A stretch of 37,484 nt of DNA from Deltaproteobacteria bacterium TL4 (GCA_051382335.1 JBBCAX010000112.1:1-37484), one strand, 5' to 3'; shown: positions 17,283-28,740, counted from the first letter of the stretch. A program made the numbers and translations. Notes: generated by a model not told the origin, from the sequence alone.

Positions 17283-20200
17283 TCACAGGATACGGCACAC
17301 CACCATGGTGATGTCATCTTCGGCAGGACGTTTTTCCGCGAAAGCTTTGGCTTCACTTACGATCGCGTTAACCAATTCCGAAACAGGTTTTGTGTGATTT
17401 TTCTTCAGAAAATTAGTCAAACCGCGTAATTCCCATTCTTCGTCATTCGGGTTCGTCATTTCTGTTAAGCCATCGGTATAAAATACCAACAAATCCTGGT
17501 TCTGAAGCTGTAACGTGTTTTCTTTATAGACGGAGTTGGGATCATTCCCAAGACGATTTCCAGACGCCATGAGTCTTTTGGCTTTTCCACTGGAGTCTAC
17601 CAACAGAGGGAAATTATGCCCCGCGTTCGCAAAAGTCAGTTTTAAAGTTTTAAGCTCGATCTCCGCGATAAAAAACGTCATCAAATGATTGGGGGCACCT
17701 GTTTTATAGACGGTTTGATTCAACCAGTTCATAATTTGGGAAGGGGACAGATTTCTGCGATTGCCGGAATCAGAATACATGGTTTCCAACATTCGACAGA
17801 CGGCACTTGCCGCTGCTGTAACCAGGGCCGCAGGCGTTCCATGTCCCGTTACATCGCCAATCAGGATATAAAGCTTATCCTCTAACGCCTCGATAAAACC
17901 ATACCAGTCTCCTCCCGTTTCCGAAGCGGCTTCGTAGTAACTGTCCACCTCAAAGATAGGGTTTTGAGGTTGTTTTTTGGGTAAGAGCGCCTGTTGAACG
18001 GCTGCTGCCGTTTTTAGTTCTTCTTCCCTGCGAATATTTTCCTCTAAATTGGAATAGAGTTTTGCGTTTTCAATAGAAATGGCTACTTGAGAGGACAAGA
18101 CCTGAAGCAGTTGCAGATGCTTGGGCGTAAAGGCTCCCTTCGCTGAGGCGTTTTCCAGGTAAATGATGCCTGTTATCTTCCCATTCCGTTTGATACTTCC
18201 ACACAAAATGGATTTGGGCTGATGCGCGAGGATATAAGGGTCTTCAGCGAATTGATTATCTTCTGTAGCGTTATTGAGCACCACATGTTCCTGCATCTTA
18301 TACACAAAACGAACGATCGACGAGGGAAGCAGAGGAATATTATGGGAATCCAGGGCCTCAATCGGAAGCGCTTGATCCGTGATGACCAGATTGTCTTTTG
18401 AATTTCCTTCGGCTTCAATCAACAATTGATCCTCATGCAGCAGCATTAAGACCACTCGCTGAGCTCCAGCATTTTCCAAAGACAGTTGTACCAGCGTCTT
18501 TAAAAGTTGATCAATCCGGATTTCTTGTGAAATCGCCTGAGCCCCTCGGATGACAGTGTACAAATCCAAAGCGTTTTCGCTGTTTCCGTTGGTTGTCAGG
18601 ACAGAATCCAGGGTTTGTGTTGGATTATATACTGATGATTTTCGAGTCAGAAGGTTTGCCACCAAAGAAGCGTAATTTTGTTCAAGAAATTTAATTTTAC
18701 TGCGAGCGCCCCACTGTTGGTATCTGAAAAAGGCTTCTTTCAGATAGGCATGGGCGGCCTTTTCATCACCCAGTTCTGAATAAAAATGCGCTGTTGTTTC
18801 ATAAGCCAACGCGGTTTCATGCAGAAAGCCGTTTTGCTCTGCGGTTTGGATGGCTTGGTTGTAGAGTTGAATCGCCTCAGCAATTCGACCGGAGACTCGC
18901 TTGCTTTCCGCCTGGACTAACAACAGATAATGTTCAAAGTTTTCAGGAGCGTGAAAAGCCCATTTTTTCAACTTTCTTAAGTAAAAACGAACTCTTAACG
19001 GAATGGATTTACTATTATAGCGTCTGAGTCGTAACAAACTCAACGCATGATAAGCGCAATGAGGAACATTCACCAGCATGGCCAATACATTTTCCCGATA
19101 AGGATTCGCTTTGGAAAAATATTCATTTGCCTGTTCAAATTTTTCAAAATGAAAAAGTAAGAGGCCTTTCATCAGGTGAGCATAAAAGACCCCTGTATAA
19201 TTTCCCGTGTCCCTCCCAATTTGCAGCATGCTGGATGCTTTGAAATACTTACCCTCCAGTGCGGTTGCTGAATCAACACCGCCTTGTAAACATTCTGCGG
19301 CCTGAGCAAAAACACCCATATGGTACGCGGTTGCTATTTGAGTGTATTTGGTGGCTTGAGGTAAGTAAGTATCAAAACTGTTCAAAACCTCGCTCAAGGG
19401 ATCTCCCAAAAACAAACGAGTGTAACAATAGACGGAACAGGAATAAGTACTGAATTCCAAATCCCCGGTATCCAAACCATGCTTGTGCGCTTTGAGTAAG
19501 AGCGGGAGTGAATCCCTAAGCGGGTCTTTCCAGATTTTAATCGACATCGCATAAATAAACTCGGTCTTTGCTCTTGCTTCCTCACAATGATTTTTCTCAA
19601 TAATTTTTAAAGCGATCTGCCCCATTTGATAGGCTCGGTCAATATCTCCAAAAACGGCGCAATGAATAATCGCCAAAGCGGCATAGATAGACGGAGTCAA
19701 ACCCGAGTAACCATTCTTTAAGGAATCGCTTATCGTCTTGAAAATATTAACGGCCAGCAGGTTGGAATCCACAATATAAAAGCATGAACTGATGTCTTTC
19801 AAAACATCATGAATGCGAATATTCTTCGGATTGGTCATCACCGGATGATTGATCAATTCGTCATCGTTGAGCCATAACAATTGCCATTGCAGTTTGAGGA
19901 GCGCCAACCCCACATGGAGTTGGTTCGGTTTTAGTGGTAATTTAAATCCAATTTTTTTCAGAAAGGGGAGTCCAAACTCAATCGCTTGACGTAAATGCTG
20001 GTTGGAAATTAAAAATAATATTCGACTTTTATAGGCGGGAACCATGTCAAAATCAGTGCGTGCGTTTTTGACGATCAGATCAAAGTAAGCTTCCATTTGT
20101 TTCGGTTTGGCGCATAAGTATGAAATTTCTGTGGCTTCCTGATAGAGGTTAAGGGTGATCTCATAATTGGTTTTCCAGCAGTCCTCCGGCAGGATTTCTA

Positions 20201-22538
20201 TGCCTGTGAGGATATAATCGAGTGCCGGAGCATAAGCGTTAGAATTCTTTGCACGCTGACCCGCCTGGATATTTAACCCGATTAAATGAAAGACTTCTTC
20301 AGGGGAAAGAAAGGCCCTTCCTGAATTGAGTTGAGATACAATATAAAACAAATCATCTTCTAATTCTTTAGGCGTACTCTGTTTTAACAAGAGGAGTCCA
20401 ATGTTATGATGAAGTTCACCTTTCCTTTCTTTTTCGATTAATGAGTATGCGGCCTGCTTGATCCGTTCATGAGCAAACAGGACGGTTACAGAAAGATCCT
20501 CATTTTGATTTTCCTGGTTGGGAGCCTGATTTTTTAGGACCTGCAAGCCACTTCCCCGTGTTTGAAGCAAGCCTTCTTCAACCGCAGGCCATAAATTGCT
20601 GGCAATGACCGAGGGTGATTTTTTTGTGATTTCTGAGATTAAACGCAGCTTGAACGAATTACCAATACAGGCACCGATTTGCAGCATTGCTTGCGTTGCG
20701 GAAGGTAAGTTTCGAATTTTTTCGATCATTAACTCAACCACATTATTGGTAATTTGCTGACTTTCAATTTTGCGGAGATCCCATGTCCATTTAAACTCAT
20801 TTTCTTCAGCATGTAAGTAGATCAAACCTTGGTTGTATAAGGCTTTCAAAAATTCTGCGATAAAGAAAGGATTTCCCCCCGTTTTGGTCAGGACGGATTC
20901 CGCGAGAGAATGCGTTTCCTCAAGCGGAAGTTTCATGCTTTCGGAGATCCATTGCTTCAAATCTTCCAATTGAAGAGGCTTTATGAGCATCTCTTGCAAC
21001 ACCACTTTTTGCGCCCGAAGTTTTGCGGTAGTTTGAAACACGGAATGCGCGGCATCAACTTCATTGCTTCGATAGGCGCCAATAACCAGAAAATGTCCCA
21101 TTTGGTCATTATAGAAAATGGTCTCTAACAACAATAGCGTTGAGGCGTCGGCCTACTGTAGATCGTCAATAATCAACACTAACGGGTGTTGTGGTGCAGC
21201 AAAAACTTTGATGAATTCTTGAAACACAAAATTAAATCGATTTTGAGATTCTTGTATCGCCAGGGTTGGAACCGGAGGTTGCTCGCCTATAATCATTTCT
21301 ATTTCAGGAATCACCTCAGAAATGACTTTTCCATTTTTTCCCAGGGCCGCGGTGAGCCTCTTTTTCCAGTTTTCGATGGAGGCATCACTTTCAATCAGAA
21401 TGTGACGAATCAACATCTGAAACGCGCTAAGGAGAGGCGCATAGGGAATATTATGCTGAAGCTGTTCGAATTTGCCTGAGACAAAAAAACTTTTTTTATC
21501 GACTATGGCTTTATGAAGTTCATGGATCAAAGCCGATTTACCAATGCCAGGTTGTCCTGAAAGTAAAAGCATTTCTTTCGTTCCAAGACTCACCCTTTTG
21601 AAGGTATCTTTGAGGATTTGTAGTTCGGATTCTCTCCCAAATAATTTTTGGACTACTTGAAAGTGACTGAATAAATCATGAGTTGCCAAAGGAAAGGGTT
21701 TTATGTCCTGATGGGTTTTCCACTGCTCCAGACATACTTTGAGATCCGCTTTGACGCCATAAGCGCTCTGATAACGTTCATCCGCAGATTTTTCCAATAA
21801 TTTCATAATAATTTCAGAAATTACGGCAGGGAGTTCAGTGCGAATTTCATCGGGAGCGAGTGGAATATGAGCCATGTGGCAATGAACCATTTCCATGGGT
21901 GTTTTGGAATGAAAAGGGAGTGTGCCTGTAAACATTTCATAGAACAGGACCCCTAGCGAGTAAAGATCGGTTCGCCAATCCAGATTACGATTCATTCGCC
22001 CCGTTTGTTCAGGGGACATATACGCGAGTGTGCCTTCAATCTCTTTAAGATTAATCACTTCTGGATTTTCCTGTGTCAGCTTTGTTGAAATGCCAAAATC
22101 AGTGATTTTCAACAGGTTTTCTTCAGAATTCCAAATAATGTTAAAGGGATTGATATCCTTATGAATAATATTCTGATGATGAACCTGTTCCACAACTTCA
22201 GCAATTTGGATGGAAAGATGGATACGTGTTTCCAAATCCGGTTTTTTTCTAAGGATCTCTTCGGCAAGGGATTTGCCTTGAATATCTTCCATAATCAGGA
22301 ACGGAACCATGCGGCTCATCTCAAAGCCAAGAACTTTGACGATTCCGGGGCAATCCAAGTCCTTAAGCAAATCGTATTCTCTCCTTAATTGGCCCGTTTG
22401 CTCTGGTGAAGGGTATTCCGTATTGATGGTTTTAATGATGACCGGGAGCTGATCGGAATCTCTTATCCCTCGATAGATTAAAGACCGTTCATTCTCAAAG
22501 AGGGGTTGATTATAATGAAATCCTGGAAGTGGAAGCAT
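17283..22538 (-). pseudogene. Multidomain Ser/Thr kinase - AAA ATPase - helical repeat - GAF - SpoIIE/PP2C protein interrupted by one in-frame TAG
   Basis: ORFs 21153..22538 and 17283..21134 share one frame; the junction reads IIDDLQ*ADASTLLLLE. Kinase HKDINP/DFG/SPE, Walker A GQPGIGKS, PP2C GGDWY/GDVTGHG/YTDG/DDIT. Confidence 0.85.
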
Positions 22539-22746
22539 GATGACCGTCTTTCCTCATAATCAATGTTTTTAGTGAGTGAGTCGCTGCCGCGAAATAGGTA
22601 TCAGCTTTGAGGTATTAGGTGTCAGGTTCCCAACGTTGCTGATATTCAATGGCTTTTTATGAGACTTTTTTCCATAAAACCTAAAAGCTCACACCTAAAC
22701 GCTATTTTGCGACAGCGAATGGATAACGAAGTGCCTTAAAAAGGAA

Positions 22747-23691
22747 TCAGCCTTCTTTTAGAACTTTTAAATGTTGGTGAACACATCGAGATAGAGCCTG
22801 AAGGTTGTACCCTCCTTCCAACACGCTGACCAATCGTCCTTTCGCGTATTGATTCGCGATTTGCATCATCCCCTGTGTCATGAACCGATAGGCGTCCTCA
22901 CTGAGATTCATTGAGGCGAGAGGATCCTCTTTATGGGCATCAAAGCCTGCGGAAATGAGGACGAAATCAGGTTTATATTCTTGAAACGCCGGCATCAGTT
23001 GTTCATCAAAAACATAGAAATATTCGGAATCTCCGGAATAGGGAAGCATGGGACAATTCAAGGTATATCCGGATCCTGCACCGTAACCAATGTCGTGGGA
23101 ATGCCCTGTGCCGGGAAAGCAGGTTCGGGGATCTTGGTGAATACTGGCATAAAAAACATCACTCCGCTCTTCAAAAAAGTGTTGCGTTCCATTACCGTGA
23201 TGCACATCAAAATCAAAAATCAAAACTCGTTTAAAACCGTGCTGTTTGATTAAGAACTCTGCCGCAATGGCGATATTATTAAAGAAACAAAATCCCAGGG
23301 GCAAATCATATTCCGCGTGATGCCCTGGAGGTCGGACGGCGCAAAACGCATTGTCCAGACGATTTTCCGCAACTTCCACAACCGCGTCAATAACGGCCCC
23401 TGCCGCATAAAGAGCCACTTCATAGGTTTCTGGAGACATGGCACAATCCCTACTGCCCATAAAAGGCAAACCCGCTTCTGCCGCCTCTTCAACCTGTGCT
23501 ATGTGATTTTCAGAGTGAACCAACGCAATGTCTTTGAGGGAGGCTCGTTTTCCAGCTCGCAGGTCATAGTCTTTGAGCGCGTCTTGAGATTCCAAATACG
23601 CATGAATGGCTTTGAGTCGTTTCGCATTTTCCGGATGTGCGCCCGTATCATGCTTCAAATAAATGGGGTCATAATACAATCCGGTTTTCAT
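22747..23691 (-). CDS. Histone deacetylase family (Zn-dependent amidohydrolase) protein
   Basis: HPE...RL, RPPGHHA, GFCFFNN, DFDVHHGNGTQ, SAGFDAH..DPL, LEGGY. Confidence 0.95.
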   Translation of the reverse strand: MKTGLYYDPIYLKHDTGAHPENAKRLKAIHAYLESQDALKDYDLRAGKRASLKDIALVHSENHIAQVEEAAEAGLPFMGSRDCAMSPETYEVALYAAGAVIDAVVEVAENRLDNAFCAVRPPGHHAEYDLPLGFCFFNNIAIAAEFLIKQHGFKRVLIFDFDVHHGNGTQHFFEERSDVFYASIHQDPRTCFPGTGHSHDIGYGAGSGYTLNCPMLPYSGDSEYFYVFDEQLMPAFQEYKPDFVLISAGFDAHKEDPLASMNLSEDAYRFMTQGMMQIANQYAKGRLVSVLEGGYNLQALSRCVHQHLKVLKEG

Positions 23692-25322
23692 ACAAGCTCC
23701 CGATTATTTTTATCTTCCTGTTTCATTTCAGCCTTCAAACGACCTAAGGTGTATTCGTTTAAATCCACAAATTTCAGGTATTTTGACAAATGGGGATGAA
23801 CCAAGGCCACAGCACGATACATTTCTTGCGCCACTTTTCTGTAGCCTTCATGCCCTTGAGGGGTACTTCTCAACTCAACAAGCCAAGTCAGCGCCCTAAG
23901 GTTGATATGAACCAACCAACGAATATTATAGGCTAAAGGCACCACATACTGGGCTTCTTCAGGATGACTTTGGGCGATATGTTCATAAACTTCCGCAGCA
24001 CGCCGCATGGCTTCATGATATCGGGAACCTAAACCCGCGTCTTCAACCTCGTCAGGAGTCACATATCCAAACCGGGTGCTTAGAAGTTGACGCTCCTGGG
24101 TTAACATCCGATGCCGCTGAAGGTCCCGATACATTCCATAGTCTCCCAGAATATCAAAGGTATAAAACACGGTTTCCAAGGATCGTCCCGGTTTATGCCG
24201 CCGGGTTTCTCTCAAATCAATCGTGTTCTGAATCAGGGCGTCTTTATCTTCCTCACTCCAGTGTTTCAGCATTTCCTGTAACTGATTCAGCGGCAACTCC
24301 GTGTGCGGATAAAGGAGCGTTGACAAAATGCGTGTTTCGGCATTGTGGTCAAAGTCGATTAATTGGACGGGATCTGTGACCTTACGGGGAGTGTCCTGGA
24401 TATGATCTTCGCAAAATCGGGTTAATAATTGCTTTGTGAGTTGCTCGTGTTTTCGGAAACTTTGAAAATGCCGATGTTCAGGATGTGCTCTACGAATAAA
24501 GGAGGGAATCACTTTTGACAGTTCACCAAAAGCTGTATTTCCAATTTCGTTGAGTTCAGAAAGTGCGGAGATATTGAGTTTGGAAATTAAACTTTCCCAA
24601 AAACGCCCATTCCCAAAGGCCCCCATGTTCGTCAGGGTGGACGCGGGTAAGAGTCCACGAATAAGATCGAAGCCTTTGGCCTTGACAGAACGGCTATAGG
24701 CGGCCTCACTCACACCTTCGCCTCTTGGCATTAACTTTTGCACGTGCTCCCTCACGGGCTCAAGAAATTCAGTGTAGGTATCAAACAAAAAACGATTGAT
24801 TTCCAGATACGCATCCTTGTGAGCGGATTGTAAAAGTTTCGGATCTTTATAAAATAAATAATCGCCCTCGACTTTTTTACTGAAGGTCACGTAACGGGTT
24901 GATTTCTCCAGCGGTGAACCTCCGATGCGGAGATCTTCAATAACTTTGGTCGCAAGAATGGAAACATTCTCCATGGCCAGGTGGGCGCCTCCGAGTTCTC
25001 CGATGGAATCATCGCCATACCCATCCAAAATCCGGTCATAAAAGTTTTGAGCCCGCTCAATGGCTAATGCGACGTTTTGCGGGGAGGAAGGAGACTTGGC
25101 GTTTTCGCCCTGGAGGGCATGGAACTCTGACTCCTGATTTTGTATGAACTCTTTCAGTAACAAACTTCTCAATCCCAGCGTGGATCGGGAATAACGCGAA
25201 AATAAAGCGCCTTTGATGACCTCAGGGAGATGGGTCAGAACAAAAATTGATTGGTCTGTATTGGTTACATAAGGAGTCAGCAGGTCTCGTTCTTCATCCG
25301 AAAATTGTTCATGGGTTTTCAT
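23688..25322 (-). CDS. thyX: FAD-dependent thymidylate synthase, tandem two-domain form
   Basis: GYGDDSIGEL, EKSTRY in the N-half; DLQRHR and ELRS..QGH..YR in the C-half; 544 aa. Confidence 0.88.
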   Translation of the reverse strand: MKTHEQFSDEERDLLTPYVTNTDQSIFVLTHLPEVIKGALFSRYSRSTLGLRSLLLKEFIQNQESEFHALQGENAKSPSSPQNVALAIERAQNFYDRILDGYGDDSIGELGGAHLAMENVSILATKVIEDLRIGGSPLEKSTRYVTFSKKVEGDYLFYKDPKLLQSAHKDAYLEINRFLFDTYTEFLEPVREHVQKLMPRGEGVSEAAYSRSVKAKGFDLIRGLLPASTLTNMGAFGNGRFWESLISKLNISALSELNEIGNTAFGELSKVIPSFIRRAHPEHRHFQSFRKHEQLTKQLLTRFCEDHIQDTPRKVTDPVQLIDFDHNAETRILSTLLYPHTELPLNQLQEMLKHWSEEDKDALIQNTIDLRETRRHKPGRSLETVFYTFDILGDYGMYRDLQRHRMLTQERQLLSTRFGYVTPDEVEDAGLGSRYHEAMRRAAEVYEHIAQSHPEEAQYVVPLAYNIRWLVHINLRALTWLVELRSTPQGHEGYRKVAQEMYRAVALVHPHLSKYLKFVDLNEYTLGRLKAEMKQEDKNNRELV

Positions 25323-25355
25323 GTGCCTCTTAAAGTCCTCGTCAGTGACGGGTTT

Positions 25356-26315
25356 TTAAAATAAAGTCGAAGGGATGCCAAAGTTGTTTTTCGAAAATTC
25401 AATGCGAGAGGCCACAGTTTTAAAACTTTTATAATGCTGTTCCACTAAGCGGAGACGGGATAATAAACCGCTTTGATTCGCAATTTGGATATTGAGTCCA
25501 GGGCGAGCATTGAGTTCCAAAATCATGGGGCCTTTATATTTATCCAGAACAATATCAACGCCTTGATAGCCCAGACCGGTTAATTCATAACAACGAGCCG
25601 CCAGTTCCAACAGGGTTTCCCAGTGAGGGACGACGACATCGGTAATAACCTGTCCCGTATCAGGATGTTCCGTGACGATATCATTTCGCCACACGGCGGT
25701 CAACGTCCTTCCCGTAGCGATATCAATCCCGGCTCCAACCGCTCCCTGGTGAAGATTGGCTTTGCCATCGGACAGGCGTGTGGGCAAGCGCACCATGGAC
25801 ATTACAGGGAATCCTAAAAAAACAATGATGCGTACATCCGGAACGCCCTGGTAACTGATGGAGTCAAAGATCGGATCAGGCTGAACACGATATTCGATGA
25901 TCGCTTTATCGTTGTGACCTCCCAAACTGTATAATCCACTCAGGGTATTCGAAATATGGTGCCCTAATTCTTCCCTACTCACCAGGGAACCACTGGCTTT
26001 ACGGTAGAGATCTTTGGTGCGACCCGTAATCACCACAATACCGTCCCCACCACTGCCCCCAGCGGGCTTGACGACAAAATCAGAATAATCCCTCAGAAAC
26101 TGGTGGAGGTCCCGGATCTGTCGCTCGATTTCAACAACGCCATAAAGCTCAGGAACCGCCATGCCTGCTCGCATTGCCAGTTCTTTGGTCCGTAACTTAT
26201 TGTCAACGATGGGATACAAATGCCGGGGATTGTACTTCAACGTGAAGTTGGCATTACGATTGTTGATCCCTAAAATACCTTGCTGTGCTAAACGCTTGAA
26301 ACGTTGGAACATCAT
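25356..26315 (-). CDS. Alpha-L-glutamate ligase-like ATP-grasp protein (RimK-related)
   Basis: VDNKL.TK, FVVKPAGGSGGDGI, GKANLHQG, LELNARPGL.IQIAN. Confidence 0.92.
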   Translation of the reverse strand: MMFQRFKRLAQQGILGINNRNANFTLKYNPRHLYPIVDNKLRTKELAMRAGMAVPELYGVVEIERQIRDLHQFLRDYSDFVVKPAGGSGGDGIVVITGRTKDLYRKASGSLVSREELGHHISNTLSGLYSLGGHNDKAIIEYRVQPDPIFDSISYQGVPDVRIIVFLGFPVMSMVRLPTRLSDGKANLHQGAVGAGIDIATGRTLTAVWRNDIVTEHPDTGQVITDVVVPHWETLLELAARCYELTGLGYQGVDIVLDKYKGPMILELNARPGLNIQIANQSGLLSRLRLVEQHYKSFKTVASRIEFSKNNFGIPSTLF

Positions 26316-27847
26316 ATTTTTCTAATTTCAGTAAGCTCCTTAAAACGATGCAATTCGAGCAGACGATAACCCGAATAACGTCCCAGTAAAATGGTACAAG
26401 CCAATAGAACCAGAAGGAGCTCGGGGAAGGTAAACATCAGGTAGGAAACCAAACTGTTGGTCATCACCAGATAAGCTAATATTGAAACGAGCATCGTCCC
26501 AACTCCTTGCTGCAACGCGTCTCTCGGACCTCTTTCCTCCCAGACAATGGACATTCTCTCAATCGTCATTGTCAAAATAACCATGGGGAACAAGGAAATG
26601 GATAACCCCAGGTCCACGCCTATGTTGTAGGTGAAAACATTAATCAGCATCATCAAGATAACAACAATGGTCAGGATGGAGGCTAAACGTGGGACTACCA
26701 GCAACTTAAGGTTTTCCAGGGAAAAACGAATGACAAGTCCCATCGTCACAACGAGCGTGAACAAGACACACCCCCATAATAATTCGGTTTCTCGAAACGC
26801 CAACGCGACCAACACAGGCATAAACGTTCCAAACGTTTTGATCCCGATGACATTTCGTAAAATGACGACTAACAAGGCTCCTAACGGAATGAGCAGAATG
26901 ATGTGATAAACCATTTGTGTTTGAATCGGTAAGCTAAACAACGAAAATCTCAAAAAATGAGGGGAAAGCATTTTTCCTTGCTTGATGGCGCTGATGAGCG
27001 CTTCTTCTTCATTGTTTCTCACCGTAATGTTGATCATGGGCTTCGTTCCCCCCTTGACTTGATACATGGGGTCTGAACCTCGCCACCAAACGAGGTAATT
27101 ATCAGGAATATCAGGACTCCCCGTAACCGGATCATACGCCTGCCATTTCTGTTGATAGTAGATTTCCAACCAGTGAATCAATTGAGCTTTGGGCGATTGC
27201 TCACTGAGAAAAAAACCGTGCACGGACCGGGCTGGAATTCCCGCTAGCGCAAGAACCCCCACGGCCACCTCAATTTTTTCTGAGAGAGAGGCTTTCTTAT
27301 CTAAAAGTATGGCGATATTTTCATCGTTGTTTGATGGCTTGAGACGTTTAAACAACTCGCCCACCAAACTATCCTGATCCGAAGACTGAGCATATATTTC
27401 ATTCAGCAATATTCTGGCTGCCGAGAGACTCGGTTCTGTAAAGGGAAACGGGTCAAATTCAGGAGATTTGGTCAGGGTTTTCTGTTTTACAGGCTTATTC
27501 ATCTTTTGAATGACGGCTCGATAATACAAATTTTGCCGCCCTTTGCCGATACGAATCGACCATTTTGCCTTGCGGTTAGAGAACTTGTTCTCAGTGATAA
27601 TCCCGTACCTTCCGGAAACAAAGTGTTCGGAAGTGACCGCAAAGTTTTTCGATTCAGTGGGAATATACAGGGAGACTCTCACCGCTTTATTTTCAGCTTC
27701 AAAGCGGATCCGCGCTTCCACATCCCAGATCGTGACCTTGCTCGAAGGGACAAGTGGAAAGTCCAATAAGAGCAGCTTATAGAGAAAAAGCCCCATGCCC
27801 ACGGCAAACAAACAAAAGGATAACGAAAAAAAATAGAGCTTATTCAT
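26312..27847 (-). CDS. Inactive transglutaminase domain fused to 7TM domain
   Basis: AGIPARSVHG, HWLE, DP motifs without a catalytic Cys; TFGTFMPVL, PRLA, FPMVILTMTIER, GRYSGYRL.EL.RF. Confidence 0.9.
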   Translation of the reverse strand: MNKLYFFSLSFCLFAVGMGLFLYKLLLLDFPLVPSSKVTIWDVEARIRFEAENKAVRVSLYIPTESKNFAVTSEHFVSGRYGIITENKFSNRKAKWSIRIGKGRQNLYYRAVIQKMNKPVKQKTLTKSPEFDPFPFTEPSLSAARILLNEIYAQSSDQDSLVGELFKRLKPSNNDENIAILLDKKASLSEKIEVAVGVLALAGIPARSVHGFFLSEQSPKAQLIHWLEIYYQQKWQAYDPVTGSPDIPDNYLVWWRGSDPMYQVKGGTKPMINITVRNNEEEALISAIKQGKMLSPHFLRFSLFSLPIQTQMVYHIILLIPLGALLVVILRNVIGIKTFGTFMPVLVALAFRETELLWGCVLFTLVVTMGLVIRFSLENLKLLVVPRLASILTIVVILMMLINVFTYNIGVDLGLSISLFPMVILTMTIERMSIVWEERGPRDALQQGVGTMLVSILAYLVMTNSLVSYLMFTFPELLLVLLACTILLGRYSGYRLLELHRFKELTEIRKI

Positions 27848-27863
27848 TCTGACAGACTTCCCC

Positions 27864-28385
27864 TTACTGCGACTTTGATGCTTCTGGTAACTGACACTTC
27901 GGTTTTATGGTAAACGTGAGGGCAGGATCAATGATGAAATATTTCTCCAAATCGCCTCGTCCGATCAATACCTGATAATTAAAATTACTTCTATCCAGCA
28001 GATTCATATCCAATTCTTTGTAAACATTTCCTACACAAATCCCCATGCGAACCACTGGACGTTCTTCAAGGCCTCCTCCTTTGCGTTTGATTTTTATAGT
28101 ACTCTGAATCATCTTTTCCAAATAGACCGCCTTTCCTTTCCCATTTTTATTGCGTTCCCTCACTTCAAAGCGGACCCAATCCGCGCCTTCTCGCTGAAAT
28201 TTCTCAAAAAGAGGCGCATTCAAGGACGAACTCCTCGCCCCCGTATCCATTTTAGCTCTCAATTTGAGATTTCCCGGATAAAGGCGTACCATTTCCAGCC
28301 ATCCTACCGTTATTTTAGGTTGAGCCACAAGCGGAGACTCAGCCAGCAACAGGAGTAACAAACCCAAGATCATTTTCTTTTTCAT
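27864..28385 (-). CDS. Secreted retropepsin-like protease (RimK-associated 'ATP-dependent zinc protease' family)
   Basis: Signal peptide, VGWLE, AKMDTGA.SSSL, DRSNFNY.VLIGR. Confidence 0.88.
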   Translation of the reverse strand: MKKKMILGLLLLLLAESPLVAQPKITVGWLEMVRLYPGNLKLRAKMDTGARSSSLNAPLFEKFQREGADWVRFEVRERNKNGKGKAVYLEKMIQSTIKIKRKGGGLEERPVVRMGICVGNVYKELDMNLLDRSNFNYQVLIGRGDLEKYFIIDPALTFTIKPKCQLPEASKSQ

Positions 28386-28637
28386 GGTGCCATTCTATAG
28401 ATGAAAATTGAGGTGATCAAGTCAAAGGGAGCCTTCCAATTTTGATGCCATCAGAGCTGATCACTACACATTTACGGGGAGATTATCTTGACTATCGGGT
28501 AATAAGACTCATATTTTACAGGATAAACAAGACTAAATTTAGTTTTTTTTTATCTTGTGGTTCTGCGTCCTGATTCGTTTCAAATTTTCTGAATTATGAG
28601 CAACTCTGCTTCGCTATAAACATCTTAAACTACGCAC

Positions 28638-28685
28638 CTTTGACTTCGCTTAGGGAACAGCCTCACAGGCTGAGCGGAGTCGAAG
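28638..28685. repeat. REP-like palindromic element (CTTCGACTCCGCTCAG type)
   Basis: CTTTGACTTCGCTTAG ...16 nt... CTGAGCGGAGTCGAAG; 16-bp stem with three U-G pairs. Confidence 0.65.
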
Positions 28686-28740
28686 CCGGATTTCAAAAAT
28701 CACTGTCCTTTGGTGAAACGATAACTGTGGCCGTTCACTT

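Noticed and set aside
21153..21155. Pyrrolysine or genome-wide TAG recoding
   Set aside because: The position is a conserved Trp, TAG ends several intact genes here, and no pyl genes are visible.
17140..22600. Genomic island integrated at tRNA-Leu
   Set aside because: No integrase, and I found no duplicate of the tRNA 3' end in the window.
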